Part shown: in pieces, positions 62,915 to 64,000 of the stretch | How the letters are laid out: every line of letters starts with the position of its first letter | How positions within the stretch are numbered: position 1 is the stretch's first letter | Notes under the pieces: model-generated | The model's input: only the letters and a program-made list of their open reading frames with translations | The model's database searches: none | Told to the model about the DNA's origin: nothing | Assembly: GCA_964412235.1 (NCBI GenBank) | Contig: CAYPNT010000005.1 | Span: 5,879-69,878 of the forward strand | Origin: an uncultured Rhodospirillaceae bacterium | GTDB lineage: Bacteria; Pseudomonadota; Alphaproteobacteria; MPNO01; UBA830 | Direction: 5' to 3' | DNA length: 64,000 bases | Program-made: the position numbers and the translations under genes

Positions 62915-64000
62915 ATGACGTATGAAGGACCGGCAATAGATTTGTCTGACCGCTTTGACGACCGAGCAGAACGCGATTGTGAGTTTCGGGTCCACCGATC
63001 GGTGTTCGACGATCCAGAAATTTATGCTGCGGAATTGGAATTATGCTTTGAACAATTCTGGAATTTTCTCTGTCATGAAAGTCAAGTTTCTCAAGCGGGT
63101 GACTACTACGCGACTTATATTGGAAGTCAGCCGGTTTACGTTCATCGCCAAGAAGATGGGTCCCTAAAGGCTTTTCTAAACGCCTGTGCTCACCGTGGTG
63201 CTATTATTACGCCCTTCAAACAAGGTAATGCGAAGACTATTACCTGCCGTTTTCACGGTTGGAGTTATAAATGTTCCGGAGAGTGTATCGGCATCAAAAA
63301 TGAAGAGGGTGGTTACGGTAGCGGTTTCGACCGCAATCACTACAATCTCGTCGAAATTGCCCAACTAGAATCGTACCGTGGATTTGTTTTTGGTGCCTTG
63401 GTGGATAGCGTTCCCGCTCTGGAACAGCACCTCGGTGAAGCTAGGTTTTTCATTGATTTGTTCGCAGACCAATCCCCGGACGGGATGGAAATTATTAAAG
63501 GCTCTCAAACTTACGTTTGTGGCCATGATTGGAAAGTCCAGGCAGATAACGTGACGGACGGCTACCACGTTTCCACCGTACATCGAAACTTTATGAATAC
63601 GATACTAGCCCGCGAGGAAAGAGAGAAACCGGAAGGAATGCTTAAAACCGAAGTGGGTCGCATCAAGGGCGGTGTTAAGAACGGTATGTACTATTTAGGA
63701 AACGGCCACATGTGTATTTGGGCGGATCGCTCTACACCGGAGGGCGCTCCAATTGCCCCGGCAACTGATTGGATAGAACAGGAATTTGATGATATTAAGG
63801 CTCATTGGATGCTTCGACGGGGAAGAAATATTATCATATTTCCCAATTTGGTGCTTAACGACCTAGCCTCTAGTCATCTGCGAACTCATAGACCGTTAGG
63901 CCCCGGTCGTTGTGAAGTAACAATATGGTGTATTGCCCCTAAAAATGAGCCTGCAGAAGCCCGTTTTGCTCGCTTGCGTAAGTTTGAGGATTTCTTTTTA
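62915..64000 (+). CDS. Rieske-type aromatic ring-hydroxylating oxygenase alpha subunit; 3' end lies outside the window
   Basis: It is not in the ORF track because no stop is reached. ATG 62915 is preceded by GGGGGGTGA, and the frame is open to 64000 (362 codons). The Rieske motif is CAHRG-x17-CRFHGW. The mononuclear iron motif is DNVTDGYHVSTVH. Confidence 0.85.
   Translation, partial: MTYEGPAIDLSDRFDDRAERDCEFRVHRSVFDDPEIYAAELELCFEQFWNFLCHESQVSQAGDYYATYIGSQPVYVHRQEDGSLKAFLNACAHRGAIITPFKQGNAKTITCRFHGWSYKCSGECIGIKNEEGGYGSGFDRNHYNLVEIAQLESYRGFVFGALVDSVPALEQHLGEARFFIDLFADQSPDGMEIIKGSQTYVCGHDWKVQADNVTDGYHVSTVHRNFMNTILAREEREKPEGMLKTEVGRIKGGVKNGMYYLGNGHMCIWADRSTPEGAPIAPATDWIEQEFDDIKAHWMLRRGRNIIIFPNLVLNDLASSHLRTHRPLGPGRCEVTIWCIAPKNEPAEARFARLRKFEDFFL

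Noticed and set aside
1-64000. A search for tRNA/rRNA genes, CRISPR repeats, IS elements or terminal inverted repeats, toxin-antitoxin pairs or defence systems.
   Set aside because: I saw no T-loop-type GGTTCGAATCC motifs in intergenic DNA and no regularly spaced direct repeats. I saw no transposase, integrase, recombinase or nuclease/ATPase defence-type proteins among the translations. Intergenic space is too small to hide such elements.

Overview
This is a dense bacterial chromosomal segment with about 60 protein-coding genes on both strands, many joined by 1-8 nt start/stop overlaps. I recognised no rRNA, tRNA, CRISPR array, transposase, integrase or phage gene. The protein repertoire looks like a marine heterotrophic proteobacterium, possibly an alphaproteobacterium, but the taxon is only a guess. 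All family calls come from reading motifs in the supplied translations and the DNA. No database search or folding program was run.

Layout:
- 1-29.2 kb holds catabolic modules rich in oxygenases and hydrolases: a CocE/NonD hydrolase, a deiodinase-like gene, FAD and LLM flavoenzymes, a 2OG oxygenase, and a UbiD + PPOX-like + split TPP decarboxylase + Ldh_2 cluster. It also holds a hydroxylase / extradiol dioxygenase / FAH / PrpD-like module, a 5-gene Liv-type ABC importer, and DMT and MFS transporters.
- 29.3-35.9 kb is a core tRNA-modification block: queA-tgt-queG, dusA, an arsC-like gene and yhhQ.
- 35.9-64 kb holds a molybdenum hydroxylase operon with two large subunits (L-M-S-L), an NtaA-type monooxygenase and an aminotransferase. 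It also holds two QueG/reductive-dehalogenase-like Fe-S proteins (one paired with a ferritin-like protein), an NMT1-like/TauD/GMC trio, a second UbiD paralogue + GST, marR followed by three tandem DMT transporters, and an HpaB-type hydroxylase / acyl-CoA ligase / Rieske oxygenase cluster that runs off the window.

Most notable observations:
- An in-frame TGA at 1740-1742 with a downstream hairpin joins two called ORFs into one iodothyronine-deiodinase-like selenoprotein.
- A ferritin-like + RdhA-like gene pair of unknown function sits at 47039-48813.
- Two UbiD paralogues occur without UbiX, one of them embedded with ComDE/ComC-like genes.
- The Tgt has intact catalytic motifs, but its canonical CxCxxC zinc-site cysteines appear replaced.
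- Only one transcription factor gene (marR) is present in 64 kb of mostly catabolic genes.
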